Below are positions 1 to 9,517 of a stretch of DNA of 58,050 nucleotides, in pieces. Position 1 is the stretch's first letter, and each line of letters starts with the position of its first letter. The notes beneath the pieces were generated by a model. That model was not told the DNA's origin, did no database searches, and saw only the letters and a list, made by a program, of their open reading frames with translations. Source of the DNA: a virus (Duplodnaviria > Caudoviricetes); IMG/VR virus record IMGVR_UViG_3300035670_000246, positions 1 to 58,050 of that record. The stretch is one strand, 5' to 3'. A program made the position numbers and the translations under genes.

Positions 1-92
1 GTTGCCGGGCTTCCGGCTGTTAGCGTGAGAGCAGTTTACCGCGTGAGGGTCAGGGCGTCAAGGTGTTTATTTATATAAATGTCAACTGTAGT

Positions 93-247
93 AAAAGCAC
101 ACTCCATTCCACCAATGCCATTTTAACAACCCCCTAACACGAGAAAAAAGTGTTATATATTTAATTAGTTATAGATATAAATATATAATAGAAAAAAGAG
201 AAATAGGGAAAGAACTTTTTGGCATTGGTGGAATGGAGTGTGCTTTT
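93..247. repeat. Perfect 28-bp inverted repeat flanking an AT-rich spacer (candidate replication origin)
   Basis: AAAAGCACACTCCATTCCACCAATGCCA (93-120) and its exact reverse complement (220-247) enclose about 100 bp of strongly A/T-rich DNA in a GC-rich genome. Confidence 0.85.
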
Positions 248-295
248 GAAAGTCGGGGTTGACGGGTGCCTTGATCGGGTTTTATTTATACAACT

Positions 296-679
296 ATGAG
301 CTACCCCGAAGGCAAACACCAAATCCCGCTTCACGTCCCTTACACGCTCTTCACTGAGATCAGGTCTGCTGCGACTGCGTCGCACCGCAGCGTGACGGCT
401 TGGATGCTGAACGCTGCGCGTGAAAAATTGGAGAGAGAGAAGACCGGAGGGCTTTCCGGCCCTTCCACCGAGTCAACGGAACCTTCTCTTGAGGCGCATT
501 CATCCATGGTCGTGAAGGCCAGCGCGGATGAATATTTCAGACTGAAGCGAGAATTCGAGGCCGCGACAACGGAAGAAGACCGGGACAGGCTGCTTGCGGC
601 TCTTCTGGAGATCAAACCCGAAATGGAAGGCAAGCTGCGGATGTGGCGCAAGAACAAGCCGCTTGCGGAGTTTGTGTGA
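296..679 (+). CDS. Putative ribbon-helix-helix (Arc/CopG-like) DNA-binding protein
   Basis: N-terminal HQIPLHVPYTLFTEIRSAATASHRSVTAWMLNAAREKL fits the beta-helix-helix pattern. Confidence 0.6.
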   Translation: MSYPEGKHQIPLHVPYTLFTEIRSAATASHRSVTAWMLNAAREKLEREKTGGLSGPSTESTEPSLEAHSSMVVKASADEYFRLKREFEAATTEEDRDRLLAALLEIKPEMEGKLRMWRKNKPLAEFV

Positions 680-909
680 TGCCGGTGCTACACGGCTGAA
701 GCAGAAAAAGGTCAAGTCGTCACGGGGGCGGTGTTGGTCAGGTGGCGGGTAGCCAAACCCAAGCCCGGAAGGAGGTTTTCCCTTGGTGCTCAGTCTCGGA
801 GAGTGTCACCATTTTCCGGGTGCGCCGAGCCGTTGCTACACGGCGGATGCGGAAAATCTCGCTGGTTTCGTCCCGGGGGACAAGGAGATCCAGCTTCCTT
901 ATGTGGGGG

Positions 910-1359
910 TTACTGGCGAGCTGCGGCAATCACGGCCTTTGCCGCTTCGATCTCTGCCAGCTTCACTGAATCGAAGATGAGCGATGCCAGCTCATCAAGA
1001 ACCCGCTCGGTCATGTCCGGCTCATAACCTGAGATTGTGGGATTGCTTTCTTCTGGGCTAACAGGCGGTTGAACTGGCGCATTCCCGGCAGAATCCTGCG
1101 CTTTTGGGGCTTCTGCGGTCGGCGTCAATGCGGCAAGGCGCTCTTTGGCTCGGCGCAAACCTTCCTCGCCCTTGAATCCAATGGTGCCAGCAAGAGAGGC
1201 ATTTGTGATTCCGGCTCGCCACACCTTGAATGATCCATTTGGCTCCTGTGTGATATAGTTACCAGCAGCATCCATTTCAAGAATGCCGTCCTTTGGCGTT
1301 TTCTTTGTGGCTTCTGCGGTCGGGTTCGCGATGGCTTTCTGGAGTTCTGTCTTTCTCAT
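910..1359 (-). CDS. Hypothetical protein
   Basis: 149-aa ATG ORF, divergent from the next gene. Confidence 0.55.
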   Translation of the reverse strand: MRKTELQKAIANPTAEATKKTPKDGILEMDAAGNYITQEPNGSFKVWRAGITNASLAGTIGFKGEEGLRRAKERLAALTPTAEAPKAQDSAGNAPVQPPVSPEESNPTISGYEPDMTERVLDELASLIFDSVKLAEIEAAKAVIAAARQ

Positions 1360-1490
1360 ACTTTGGTCCGGTTAACTTATTGATCTGGTGCCGGGGCTAC
1401 CCGGCTTTTAGCGTGTATAAATATACACCAGAAAACCACAGGGTGCAAGCGTAACCTTGACAACTTGGTGGTGGGAAAAGAAGTTGGGGG

Positions 1491-2048
1491 ATGGTGAAAA
1501 CACGCGGCAGAAAACCCGGATCGAAACCCGTGAAGTACAAACACGGGAAAAAGCTCACGGCTGAAGAATGGCAAGACATCAAAATTGCGAACATCGCTGG
1601 CGCAGAAGATCGCGTTCTTGCGGCTAAATATGGGATTCCAGTCGGCACTTTGCGCACTCGGAGATGTCTGGACAAGTTATGGGCGGCAGCTATTCAGACA
1701 CAGAAAAAAGTTATAGTCTCTAAGCCTGTTGAGACGCCATCTCGGTTAATCGCGCAGGAATCTATATATGAGAGCGCATCATCTCTTTCCGAGACAAACC
1801 GCCTCTTAGCCCTCCGCATCGCCGGAAAGGGCCTCGCCGCCGCACTGGACAAGCGCGGCGAACTGCGCCCCCATCTCAAGCCGAACGAGATCAAGGACCT
1901 AAAGGACCTCACTGACATCGCGGCTAAGGCGGGATCGTGGTCAAGTGAACAGCAAGTTACCGTGAACTGCCAGGCCTTCGCAGGGGCCGCAGTCTCAATA
2001 AGCAATGGCAGCGAGCAGGACAATATGCAGATCATTGATAATGAATGA
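1491..2048 (+). CDS. Putative terminase small subunit (N-terminal HTH)
   Basis: WQDIK...LAAKYGIPVGTLRTR HTH, helical middle, DLKDLTDIA...QVTVN tail typical of TerS; followed by repeats and a C-rich tract. Confidence 0.5.
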   Translation: MVKTRGRKPGSKPVKYKHGKKLTAEEWQDIKIANIAGAEDRVLAAKYGIPVGTLRTRRCLDKLWAAAIQTQKKVIVSKPVETPSRLIAQESIYESASSLSETNRLLALRIAGKGLAAALDKRGELRPHLKPNEIKDLKDLTDIAAKAGSWSSEQQVTVNCQAFAGAAVSISNGSEQDNMQIIDNE

Positions 2049-2106
2049 GTTACGCGAGGGCCGTACTTTGAATTAGCGATGTTGGTGGTATATATGCACT
2101 TGCTAT

Positions 2107-2225
2107 GAGTTAACGTGCCTGAGTTAACGTGCCTCGTGGTGATCTGACCCCCACCACGCCCCCATCCCCCCGGCCCCCGGTCAGCGAACGCCCGGTACGT
2201 ACTACCCCCACAAAAATTTTTCTTC
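2107..2225. repeat. Tandem 14-bp repeat plus C-rich tract and A/T run (candidate packaging/terminus region)
   Basis: GAGTTAACGTGCCT x2 (2107-2134), C runs at about 2148-2178, AAAAATTTTT near 2212-2221. Confidence 0.5.
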
Positions 2226-2267
2226 CAAAAAGTTGAATTTGAGATTTTACACCCACCGTGTTAACGT

Positions 2268-3011
2268 GTGAGTCGTATGGCTAACTTCATCGACCTCACC
2301 GGGAAAAAGTTTGGCAGGTGGACCGTGTTGGCACGGTTTCCGACCATCAAGGGCTCCACGCGTTGGAGGTGCCGTTGCGTTTGTGGCAAAGAAAAACAGG
2401 GTGTCCTCTACACGTCCCTTGTGCGCGGACACAGCCAGTCGTGCGGGTGTCTGCGCAAGGAGATGATGACGAAACCTGATTTGACGGTCCACAGTCAGAG
2501 AAACCCGATGTACCGCATCTGGATGGCCATGCGGACGAGGTGTGACAACCCTGGACACGCGTCGTGGAAGGGCTACGGCGCACGTGGCATCAAAATCTGC
2601 CCCCGTTGGAAAAAATTCGACCTTTTCCTCAAGGACATGGGACCGAGGCCGACACCAGACCACCAGCTTGAGCGCAAGGACAACGATGGAGACTACTCGC
2701 CTGAGAACTGCTGCTGGCACAGCCGCGTTGGTCAGGCCAACAACCGTCGCAGCAACCTCAAGGTCATCTGGAAAGGCAAGGAGATGACGATGACCATGGT
2801 GGCACGCCAGGAGGATGTGGATTACCCGATTCTGTGCCATCGTGTGGTGCGTAAAGGGCTCCCGCTTGAGGAGGTGGTTGAGGCGATGAGGCAAAACCCG
2901 GATGAGAGGTTTGTCGAAAGGGCTGTGGCGTTTGGCGGCGCAGGAAGGGGCACACGCAAAACAAGCCACAAACGAAAGCGCCGGACCACAGTTGAAAAAA
3001 CCTGGGTCTAG
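2268..3011 (+). CDS. HNH-family (homing-type) endonuclease
   Basis: DLTGKKFGRWTV, WRCRCVCG, SCGC, YGARGIKIC, LERKDNDGDYSPENC..QANNRR motifs. Confidence 0.8.
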   Translation: MSRMANFIDLTGKKFGRWTVLARFPTIKGSTRWRCRCVCGKEKQGVLYTSLVRGHSQSCGCLRKEMMTKPDLTVHSQRNPMYRIWMAMRTRCDNPGHASWKGYGARGIKICPRWKKFDLFLKDMGPRPTPDHQLERKDNDGDYSPENCCWHSRVGQANNRRSNLKVIWKGKEMTMTMVARQEDVDYPILCHRVVRKGLPLEEVVEAMRQNPDERFVERAVAFGGAGRGTRKTSHKRKRRTTVEKTWV

Positions 3012-3324
3012 TGTAAATATGGTTGACACCTGACGGCTGGTGTGCGAAGCTCATGTCATGAAACGCACCCCGCAGACCAGACGGTTCTTCCCCCTGCGCA
3101 GGAGGCACGTCCCCGCTGCATCACTTGGACCAGCGGACCAACTACGCGGACGACGCACGCAGGTTGTTTGGTGTCGGGCCAGGAACCAGATGGGGGCACA
3201 TCCAGGCGTCTGACCTGTTGAGCCACGCCCGGAGACAGCCTGACTGCCGGGTGGTCATGCACCCGGACGGCACCGCCACGATCACAATCACCCGCACACC
3301 CAGAATCTCAGCCAAGCAGAAAAT

Positions 3325-3594
3325 ATGAGCACACCAATCAACGACGGCGGACCGGCGTTTCCGTATTTTAACCCCGACACGGAAGTAGCTTATTCCGGCA
3401 TGTCCCTTCGCGACTGGTTCGCGGGGCAGGCAAATGAGCAAGACATCAAGCACCACCAGCAATTCGTCCAGTATGAACGGGCTTACGGAGAGAATCCAAA
3501 ACCTGCGGAACCTAAATTCACCCGAGAGCAAGCTCGCTACCGCTATGCCGACACCATGCTTGCCGAGCGAAACACCAACACCGCCAACCAATGA
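3325..3594 (+). CDS. Conserved small phage protein (NDGGPAFP...GMSLRDWFAGQA type)
   Basis: Motif common in phage accessory genes. Confidence 0.75.
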   Translation: MSTPINDGGPAFPYFNPDTEVAYSGMSLRDWFAGQANEQDIKHHQQFVQYERAYGENPKPAEPKFTREQARYRYADTMLAERNTNTANQ

Positions 3595-3977
3595 GCACAC
3601 TCACATCTGAAATCAACCAGTTCCAGGACGAAGTCCGCGAGGGCTACGTGCCGGAGAAAAAGACAGCGCCGGACTACGGGGAGCCGTGGAAACCAGCGTA
3701 TTCATTCTACATCTCAGACCGTGATGATGACGTTGCTGTCGATGACTCAACGGTCAGGGGATTTCACGAATGGAAACAACGTGACCGCGCCATCGAATGC
3801 GTCAACGCCTGCGCGGGAATGACTGATCCGTCTGCCGAGATTCAGGCGATGCGGGAGGCGATCAAAGAAATCTACGCCGAAGCCGACGCCTACGCGGACG
3901 GCGCTTCAGATGCCTCCGCACATGATAAGTTCTGCAACGAGATTGCCGCCAAACTGAAGCCCTTCATCAAGCCATGA
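3591..3977 (+). CDS. Hypothetical protein
   Basis: ATGA-coupled; RAIECVNACAGM phage-type motif. Confidence 0.7.
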   Translation: MSTLTSEINQFQDEVREGYVPEKKTAPDYGEPWKPAYSFYISDRDDDVAVDDSTVRGFHEWKQRDRAIECVNACAGMTDPSAEIQAMREAIKEIYAEADAYADGASDASAHDKFCNEIAAKLKPFIKP

Positions 3978-4456
3978 GCACAACACCACGACCAACACCG
4001 GAGACCGATGCAGCAACCTTTGATATTCCACACCACGGGGCAGACGGCACCGGATCGCGGGTTGCTGTTGTTCATTATCAAGTCGCCCGTCGCCTCGAAC
4101 GCGAGCGCGACGAGGCGAGAGAATACGCCGAACGCTGCAAGCAAGGCTGCATCAAGCTGTCTTATGCCATCGACCGCATCGACTACGCGTGCGGAGAACC
4201 AAATGAGATGGAAGTCTCAGACTATGCCATACATCAAAACGAGGATCGCGTCGTTCAGCGTGTGAAGGAAAAGCTCGAAGCTCTCCACCATCTCACCTGG
4301 ACTCCCATCTCCGAGCGCAAGCCGACTATCGAAGACGCCAACGAGTTTGAAGATGTCGAATGGAGCGATGGGAAAGACATCTGGCAGAGCTCATACTATC
4401 TGCCAAACAGCAACCAGCACTACGCAACCCATTGGAGAAGGATCACATTGCCATGA
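3974..4456 (+). CDS. Hypothetical protein
   Basis: ATGA-coupled; TPETDA..ARRLERERDEAR and WTPISERKP..ATHWR motifs. Confidence 0.7.
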   Translation: MSTTPRPTPETDAATFDIPHHGADGTGSRVAVVHYQVARRLERERDEAREYAERCKQGCIKLSYAIDRIDYACGEPNEMEVSDYAIHQNEDRVVQRVKEKLEALHHLTWTPISERKPTIEDANEFEDVEWSDGKDIWQSSYYLPNSNQHYATHWRRITLP

Positions 4457-4794
4457 AACTCACAGACCACGAGAAACGAATCAAGATCGCGGAGGCATGC
4501 GGGTGGATGTTTTGCGCGCCAAATCCAAGCTGGCCCACTCCATATTGGACAAATCCAGTCACAAAGGAGCTTTCGGTTTTTGCTCAGCTTCCAGACTACC
4601 TCAACGACCTCAACGCGATGCACGAGGCGGAGAAAGGTCTGACAGATGAACAACATCTGACTTTTAGAGTGCGCTTATGGGAAATTTCTGTCGCAGATGC
4701 CCCCGACGATCTCTGGGATAGGCGCTATGTTTCGCCCACCGCCGCAGAACGCTTTGAAGCCTTCGGCAGAACCCTCAATCTTTGGACAGAATAA
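4453..4794 (+). CDS. Hypothetical phage protein
   Basis: ATGA-coupled start at 4453; IAEACGW...LPDYLNDLNAMHEAE motif. Confidence 0.7.
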   Translation: MKLTDHEKRIKIAEACGWMFCAPNPSWPTPYWTNPVTKELSVFAQLPDYLNDLNAMHEAEKGLTDEQHLTFRVRLWEISVADAPDDLWDRRYVSPTAAERFEAFGRTLNLWTE

Positions 4795-4801
4795 CAACAC
4801 C

Positions 4802-6027
4802 ATGAACACAGAACAAACCGCACAACAGCTCCGCCTCGCCGCCACGATCCTCGAAACCGGGCACCCGTGGGAGTATCAACCAGACCACTACAACTGGAAA
4901 CTCAGCCAAGGGCACTGCCCACTGTTCGCTATTGAGCAAAGATTTCCTATCCGCCTCGCCCTCGCAGTTCCACCAGACGGTCGCGATCTTCGCAACCCGG
5001 ACGATCTCACCGCCGATCAGGTGGGTGTTGGGTGGAGGCTGACATTGGCGGGTGAGGAGCCGCACGATGAGGCTGAGAGATGGAGCCTTATGCCTGCTCA
5101 TGGAAAAAACGTGAGTCTGCCGTTGGTTTGCCTTACAACCATCAAGACACCTATCGCGTCCCGCTCTCCGCCCCATGGCCTGAGTCTCCAAAGCCAGACC
5201 CATACGCTGAGCTGAAGGCGGCGCAGGCGGAGGGGAAGATGATACAAGTCCGCCCCAAAAACCGCACCGAAGACTGGCATGAGGAGTGGCAAGATTGCGT
5301 CCCAGAATGGCTCGACGGCTACGAATACCGCATCAAGCCCGAACCCACCTTCCAGCTCCCTCCAGCGCCTCCAGGCATGCGCTGGCACCGCGAGGACGGA
5401 TGGCAAGAGGGCGATCTGCCGCAGGGGTGGAGGCCATTGGTGGATGGTGAAAGAGGTCCTCCGACAGGCGAGATAAAGAGGCGCGGCAAATGGGAAACGC
5501 TGGATGCACCAAACGATATTCCTGGATTGCCTGCGAGAATTAGAACCTGTCATTGCCGCACCCGTCGCCCCCTGGCCTTCGAGCACGCTGGCAAGACTTG
5601 GACATGGCACCGCCCGGGCGATCCGATGCCGTGTGATGGGGATGCGCGGATTCACTATTTGACGAAAGAAGTAGAACACTCTGGAGTTTACAGCGTTGCC
5701 TTTGCGCAAAGAGCCGATTCCCGCAACTGGGACTCCACTTCTTCTATCATCGGCTGGCGCTACGCAGACGAAAAGAAAACCGTCCCGCTCGGACCTGAGG
5801 ACGTGCCTCCGGGGAGTGTGTTTCGCTATTCAGACTCAGACGACAAAGCAGCGTGGCAAGAGCCTCACGAGATAGACTATGAAGGCGCGGCGTTTCACAA
5901 CGGAGGCGGCAGCGTTATGTGGAAAAAATGGGACTACTTAGCCAAGGATTTTCAAATCAACCGCTCCATCCCGCTCACCGGCAAATGGGACGCCAGCGCC
6001 TGGGAACCTTGCAGCAAACAAATCTGA
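4802..6027 (+). CDS. Trp/Pro-rich hypothetical protein split across two frames (4802-5215 and 5080-6027)
   Basis: Overlapping ORFs related by -1; A_AAA_AAC heptamer at 5104-5110. Confidence 0.5.
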
Positions 6028-6035
6028 TCAACGCC

Positions 6036-6284
6036 ATGGACACATCAATAGTCAAACCAGGAACCCGTTGGTCCATCCAGTTCACTTCGGAGCGTTGCAT
6101 CGAAGTTCACATTGACACCGTCTTCGAGGACCGCGTGCGGTGGCGCTACAAGCGCAGTTATCACAACGAGATGTTGCAGGATTTTTGTTCCGACTTCCGG
6201 TGCGCCGTTCTCCTTCCTCCAAAACCGAAGCCGTGGTGGCGTAGAGTTCGGGACCTCTGGTTAGGACAAGGCTGGTGGGCGTGA
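6036..6284 (+). CDS. Hypothetical protein
   Basis: ATG just after the previous stop; KPKPWW C-terminus. Confidence 0.55.
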   Translation: MDTSIVKPGTRWSIQFTSERCIEVHIDTVFEDRVRWRYKRSYHNEMLQDFCSDFRCAVLLPPKPKPWWRRVRDLWLGQGWWA

Positions 6285-6353
6285 CAAGGCCCGTTTCTAC
6301 CATCTTACAATCAGCTTGAACTTTGACGACGCCAAAGCACCATCTGGGTCCAA

Positions 6354-6989
6354 ATGGACATCTGGATCACGCTACGCGACGGCCGCACGGCACCCATGAC
6401 GGGTGTCACCGGAGTCACCTCCGTTGACACAGTCGGCACGGCCACGGAGTTCACGGGGGCGTCGATCACCAGTGGCAGCCCCAACGTCACGGTTGCCAGC
6501 ACCGCAGGCATCCGACCGGGCTCCAACGTCTATGGATCGGGCATCCCCACGGGAGCCACGGTCCTGTCGATCACCAGCGCCACGGTGTTCGTTCTTTCGG
6601 CCAACGCGACGGACACCATCGGCTCGCAGACGATCACGGTCACGACAGTGACTGACGCCGACCTCAAGCTGTTGACGGTCAACTCGGGGTGGTATCGGGA
6701 CATCTTCACACCGGACGGCATCCGGCTGGGGGCGCTCACGTCCGCCACGCTGGACACCATGACCGCCGCCCTCGTCTCGGACGTGTCCATCACGTCGCTG
6801 GAGCCGCCTACCGTGGAAGGCACGATCTCCACCTCCAACTCGGACGAGATCGGTCATGCCGCGCTGCGTCAGGCCACGTGGCTGGAGTCACTGTGGTGTT
6901 TCAGTTGCACTGTGGAAAGCGACACTCTTTCCTGCTACTACCGCAAGATCGACGTGATCGGCTGGTGCAACGTGGCACCGTCCCTCTGA
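6354..6989 (+). CDS. Putative virion structural protein (Thr/Ser/Gly-rich)
   Basis: TSGSPNVTVASTAGIRPG..GSGIPTGATVLSI beta-rich segment; strong codon bias. Confidence 0.6.
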   Translation: MDIWITLRDGRTAPMTGVTGVTSVDTVGTATEFTGASITSGSPNVTVASTAGIRPGSNVYGSGIPTGATVLSITSATVFVLSANATDTIGSQTITVTTVTDADLKLLTVNSGWYRDIFTPDGIRLGALTSATLDTMTAALVSDVSITSLEPPTVEGTISTSNSDEIGHAALRQATWLESLWCFSCTVESDTLSCYYRKIDVIGWCNVAPSL

Positions 6990-7001
6990 CCAACGTGACC
7001 C

Positions 7002-7802
7002 ATGGGAACGCCGATTGATTTCTACACGGTCAGCACGCCTAACCCGGCTGAGATCGCGTTCTACATCACGGTGGACGCCAACCAGCTCAACCCGGGCAAC
7101 GTGCCTGCGGTGGGAACTCCTTACAAACGGATCAACAACTCGTTCGTCAACCCGAGGGTCAATGAGTGCGGTTTCGGTGACTACGTGTACACCTACATGG
7201 CCCCCTCAGGCGACTCGTTGCAGTTGTTCTTCGGCAAGCCCAAGACCCAGGTCGAGAAGAACACGCCGTTTCGCACGGTGTACTCGACCAGGTATTACCC
7301 GTGGCCCCCGGTGCTGGAGGACCTGCGCATCCTCAAGACGACGGCCTTCCCGCAGTCGGTCTGGAACGGCACTGCCACGGTCACAGCGCCGCGCTACTTC
7401 CCGCGCTACCGCTACCGCCCGACGCCGAGCATCAACTCGGTCATCAAGATCGAGCAGTTCCTTGCGCCCACGCCCTACGACGGCCAGGCGTTGATCCACC
7501 CGCAGCCGACGCCCACGGAGGTCAGCGGCTACTATCTCGGCATGTCGGTCAGCTTCCCCAAGTGCCTGCACCCCAAGATCGTGCTCGATGAGAACATCCC
7601 GGGCGCGGTCGTGGTGGAGGGCCAGGGCACCGTGGACGTGCCGCGCACCAACAGCTCCACCAAGCAGGTGTTCCCGGCGACCAACTTCCTCGACTGGGCT
7701 CCTTTCATCCTGGAGGATCAGGTGCAGCCGGTCAGCGGCTTGTTCCTGCGCGAACGTGTCACCATCTACCCGCCGTTCCGGCCGCAGCCGATTGAGAGAT
7801 GA
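7002..7802 (+). CDS. Putative virion (tail-associated) protein
   Basis: 266-aa Pro/Tyr-rich ORF co-oriented with the upstream structural-like gene. Confidence 0.55.
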   Translation: MGTPIDFYTVSTPNPAEIAFYITVDANQLNPGNVPAVGTPYKRINNSFVNPRVNECGFGDYVYTYMAPSGDSLQLFFGKPKTQVEKNTPFRTVYSTRYYPWPPVLEDLRILKTTAFPQSVWNGTATVTAPRYFPRYRYRPTPSINSVIKIEQFLAPTPYDGQALIHPQPTPTEVSGYYLGMSVSFPKCLHPKIVLDENIPGAVVVEGQGTVDVPRTNSSTKQVFPATNFLDWAPFILEDQVQPVSGLFLRERVTIYPPFRPQPIER

Positions 7803-7897
7803 AACCCGCTCGCCACGGCTCCTCGCTTCGCTCGATGAAACCCGCTCGCCACGGCTCCTCGCTTCGCTCGATGAAACCCGCTCGCTTCGCTCGATGA
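7798..7897 (+). repeat. 36-bp tandem repeat (2 full copies + 1 internally deleted) forming a 32-aa mini-ORF
   Basis: GATGAAACCCGCTCGCCACGGCTCCTCGCTTCGCTC at 7798 and 7834, shortened copy at 7870. Confidence 0.9.
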
Positions 7898-8067
7898 TCA
7901 CAACTCAAAACGGCTCATACGAAGGCGACACCCCGTTTTTCAACCGCCCGTGGTTGTGGGGCCAGGATGGCATCCAGACCTACCGTGACCCCAACACCGG
8001 GAGCACCATGCTGAACGTCCCCACCGACCCCGTGGTCAGGTTCGACAATTTTACCTACATCGGATAA
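7894..8067 (+). CDS. Small hypothetical protein (57 aa)
   Basis: MITTQNGSYEGDTPFFNRPW...; ATGA-coupled to the mini-ORF. Confidence 0.55.
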   Translation: MITTQNGSYEGDTPFFNRPWLWGQDGIQTYRDPNTGSTMLNVPTDPVVRFDNFTYIG

Positions 8068-8068
8068 T

Positions 8069-8097
8069 TTGACAATGGAACGTCAAGGTGTTAGGGT
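8069..8097 (+). promoter_or_regulatory. Sigma70-like promoter
   Basis: TTGACA-17 bp-TAGGGT just upstream of ATG 8104. Confidence 0.5.
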
Positions 8098-8103
8098 TGG
8101 TCA

Positions 8104-8820
8104 ATGCTAGCAGTCACCATCGTCACCCCGGCCTACCGTCACCTTGAGAAGGAGGCGGTCAGGCGGTTCAAGAAACACACCGGACTGCCGGTCAAGGTCC
8201 TCCGGTGCAAGGACCAGGACGGGTTCATGACCAAGCTGGAGCTGGACCGCCACTGCCCCCAGGCCCGTGTGGTCTTCTTCGACGTGGACTTGTGGTTGCT
8301 GCGTGACATGAACCCGGAACGCTGGGATTCCTTTGGCTGGTCAGCCGTGCATGACAGCGCGGTCTTCAACCCGCATGCCTTTCCGCATACCGATTGTGGT
8401 TCGCACGGGATGAACCCTCTGCGCTACTTCAACAGCGGCCTGATGGCGTTCAATCTCGGTCTCCCCCATCACCGCAAGGTGTTTCAGGAGGCACGCAAGA
8501 TGCGCAAGCAGGTGCTTGCCGGGCGCATGCCGGTGCCCAAGGATGTCACCGACCAGTTCTACCTCAACATGGCGGTGCAGCGCCTGAACGTGTCACAGGT
8601 GATGCTCCCCACCAAGTTCAACTTCTACAAGAAGGCGTCCGACTGGGGGCAGCTTGCCTTCATCCCGCGATGCATCATCGGGTTGCACGCGGCGGGGGAA
8701 CCCGTCCGCAGCAAGCACCACGCCCTCAAGGTCCAGTCCGAGGTGTTCGGGAACGACACGTGCCCCGTGTGGCGGGACGCGGCGATCCACAACCAGAATG
8801 CTATTTTTGATCTGCGATGA
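8104..8820 (+). CDS. Glycosyltransferase (GT-A fold, GT8-like)
   Basis: FFDVD (DxD), YFNSG, TDQFYLN, LHAAG motifs. Confidence 0.75.
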   Translation: MLAVTIVTPAYRHLEKEAVRRFKKHTGLPVKVLRCKDQDGFMTKLELDRHCPQARVVFFDVDLWLLRDMNPERWDSFGWSAVHDSAVFNPHAFPHTDCGSHGMNPLRYFNSGLMAFNLGLPHHRKVFQEARKMRKQVLAGRMPVPKDVTDQFYLNMAVQRLNVSQVMLPTKFNFYKKASDWGQLAFIPRCIIGLHAAGEPVRSKHHALKVQSEVFGNDTCPVWRDAAIHNQNAIFDLR

Positions 8821-9464
8821 AAGCCCTCATCATCCACACCCCGGACATCGTCGAGATGGCGCGTGAGTGCGCCACCCGCGTGGCTCATTTCACCAACCTC
8901 AGGCCGGAATTGGTCGAGGCGGACAGTCGTTTCACGGCCCACCGGCTCAAGCTGGAGGCGTTCCAGTGGCAAAGCGAGCCTGTGTGGCTGGTTGATGCCG
9001 ACCTGTGGTTCATCGCGCCCTGCGTGCTGCCGGTGCTTTCAGGTCCTGTGATCTACGGCAACCCTGACAACTCCATCCTCAATCGGGAACGCTACGCATT
9101 CACCAAGGTCGAGATCAGTCACGCGTTCAACACGTCCTTGATCGGACTGGACCCGACGTGTCGCGAGGTGCGTGAGGCGCTGGAGGACGCGTCAGCCATG
9201 CAAGCTGAGCGGTACGGCCCTGAACCCGTCGAGGACGAGAAGTTCTTCAACATTGCCGTCTCGCGTCCAGGTCTCACCCTGTGCCGCCTGAGCACGCGTT
9301 TCAACTGGTGCGGCATCGATCCACCGGCCAGCACGGTCGCCGTGCATGCGGCGTCCCGCCGCGACAAGATGGCGTGGCTGCGGGAGGTGGTGGACGATCA
9401 AGCTCTGCCAGCAAGCCCTGGCGGAGCGCAACAACGAAGCGAAGGAGATTCAAGCCATGAGTGA
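8817..9464 (+). CDS. Glycosyltransferase (GT-A fold); current C-terminus supplied by an attC arm
   Basis: LVDADLW (DxD), FNTS, EDEKFFN, VHAAS; paralogous layout to 8104-8820. Confidence 0.7.
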   Translation: MKALIIHTPDIVEMARECATRVAHFTNLRPELVEADSRFTAHRLKLEAFQWQSEPVWLVDADLWFIAPCVLPVLSGPVIYGNPDNSILNRERYAFTKVEISHAFNTSLIGLDPTCREVREALEDASAMQAERYGPEPVEDEKFFNIAVSRPGLTLCRLSTRFNWCGIDPPASTVAVHAASRRDKMAWLREVVDDQALPASPGGAQQRSEGDSSHE

Positions 9465-9517
9465 CATTGATACGACAACAAGCGGGGCGCAGCTTGGCGG
9501 CAGCGTTTTTGTTCGCC
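9389..9517 (-). repeat. attC-like site (terminal, non-canonical R' G|TCCACC)
   Basis: Minus strand GGCGAAC AAAAAC GCTGCCGCCAAGC ... GCTGGCAGAGC TTGATC GTCCACC. Confidence 0.55.

Noticed and set aside
7798-7897. 36-bp repeats as a CRISPR array
   Set aside because: Copies are directly adjacent with no spacers, and no cas operon is present
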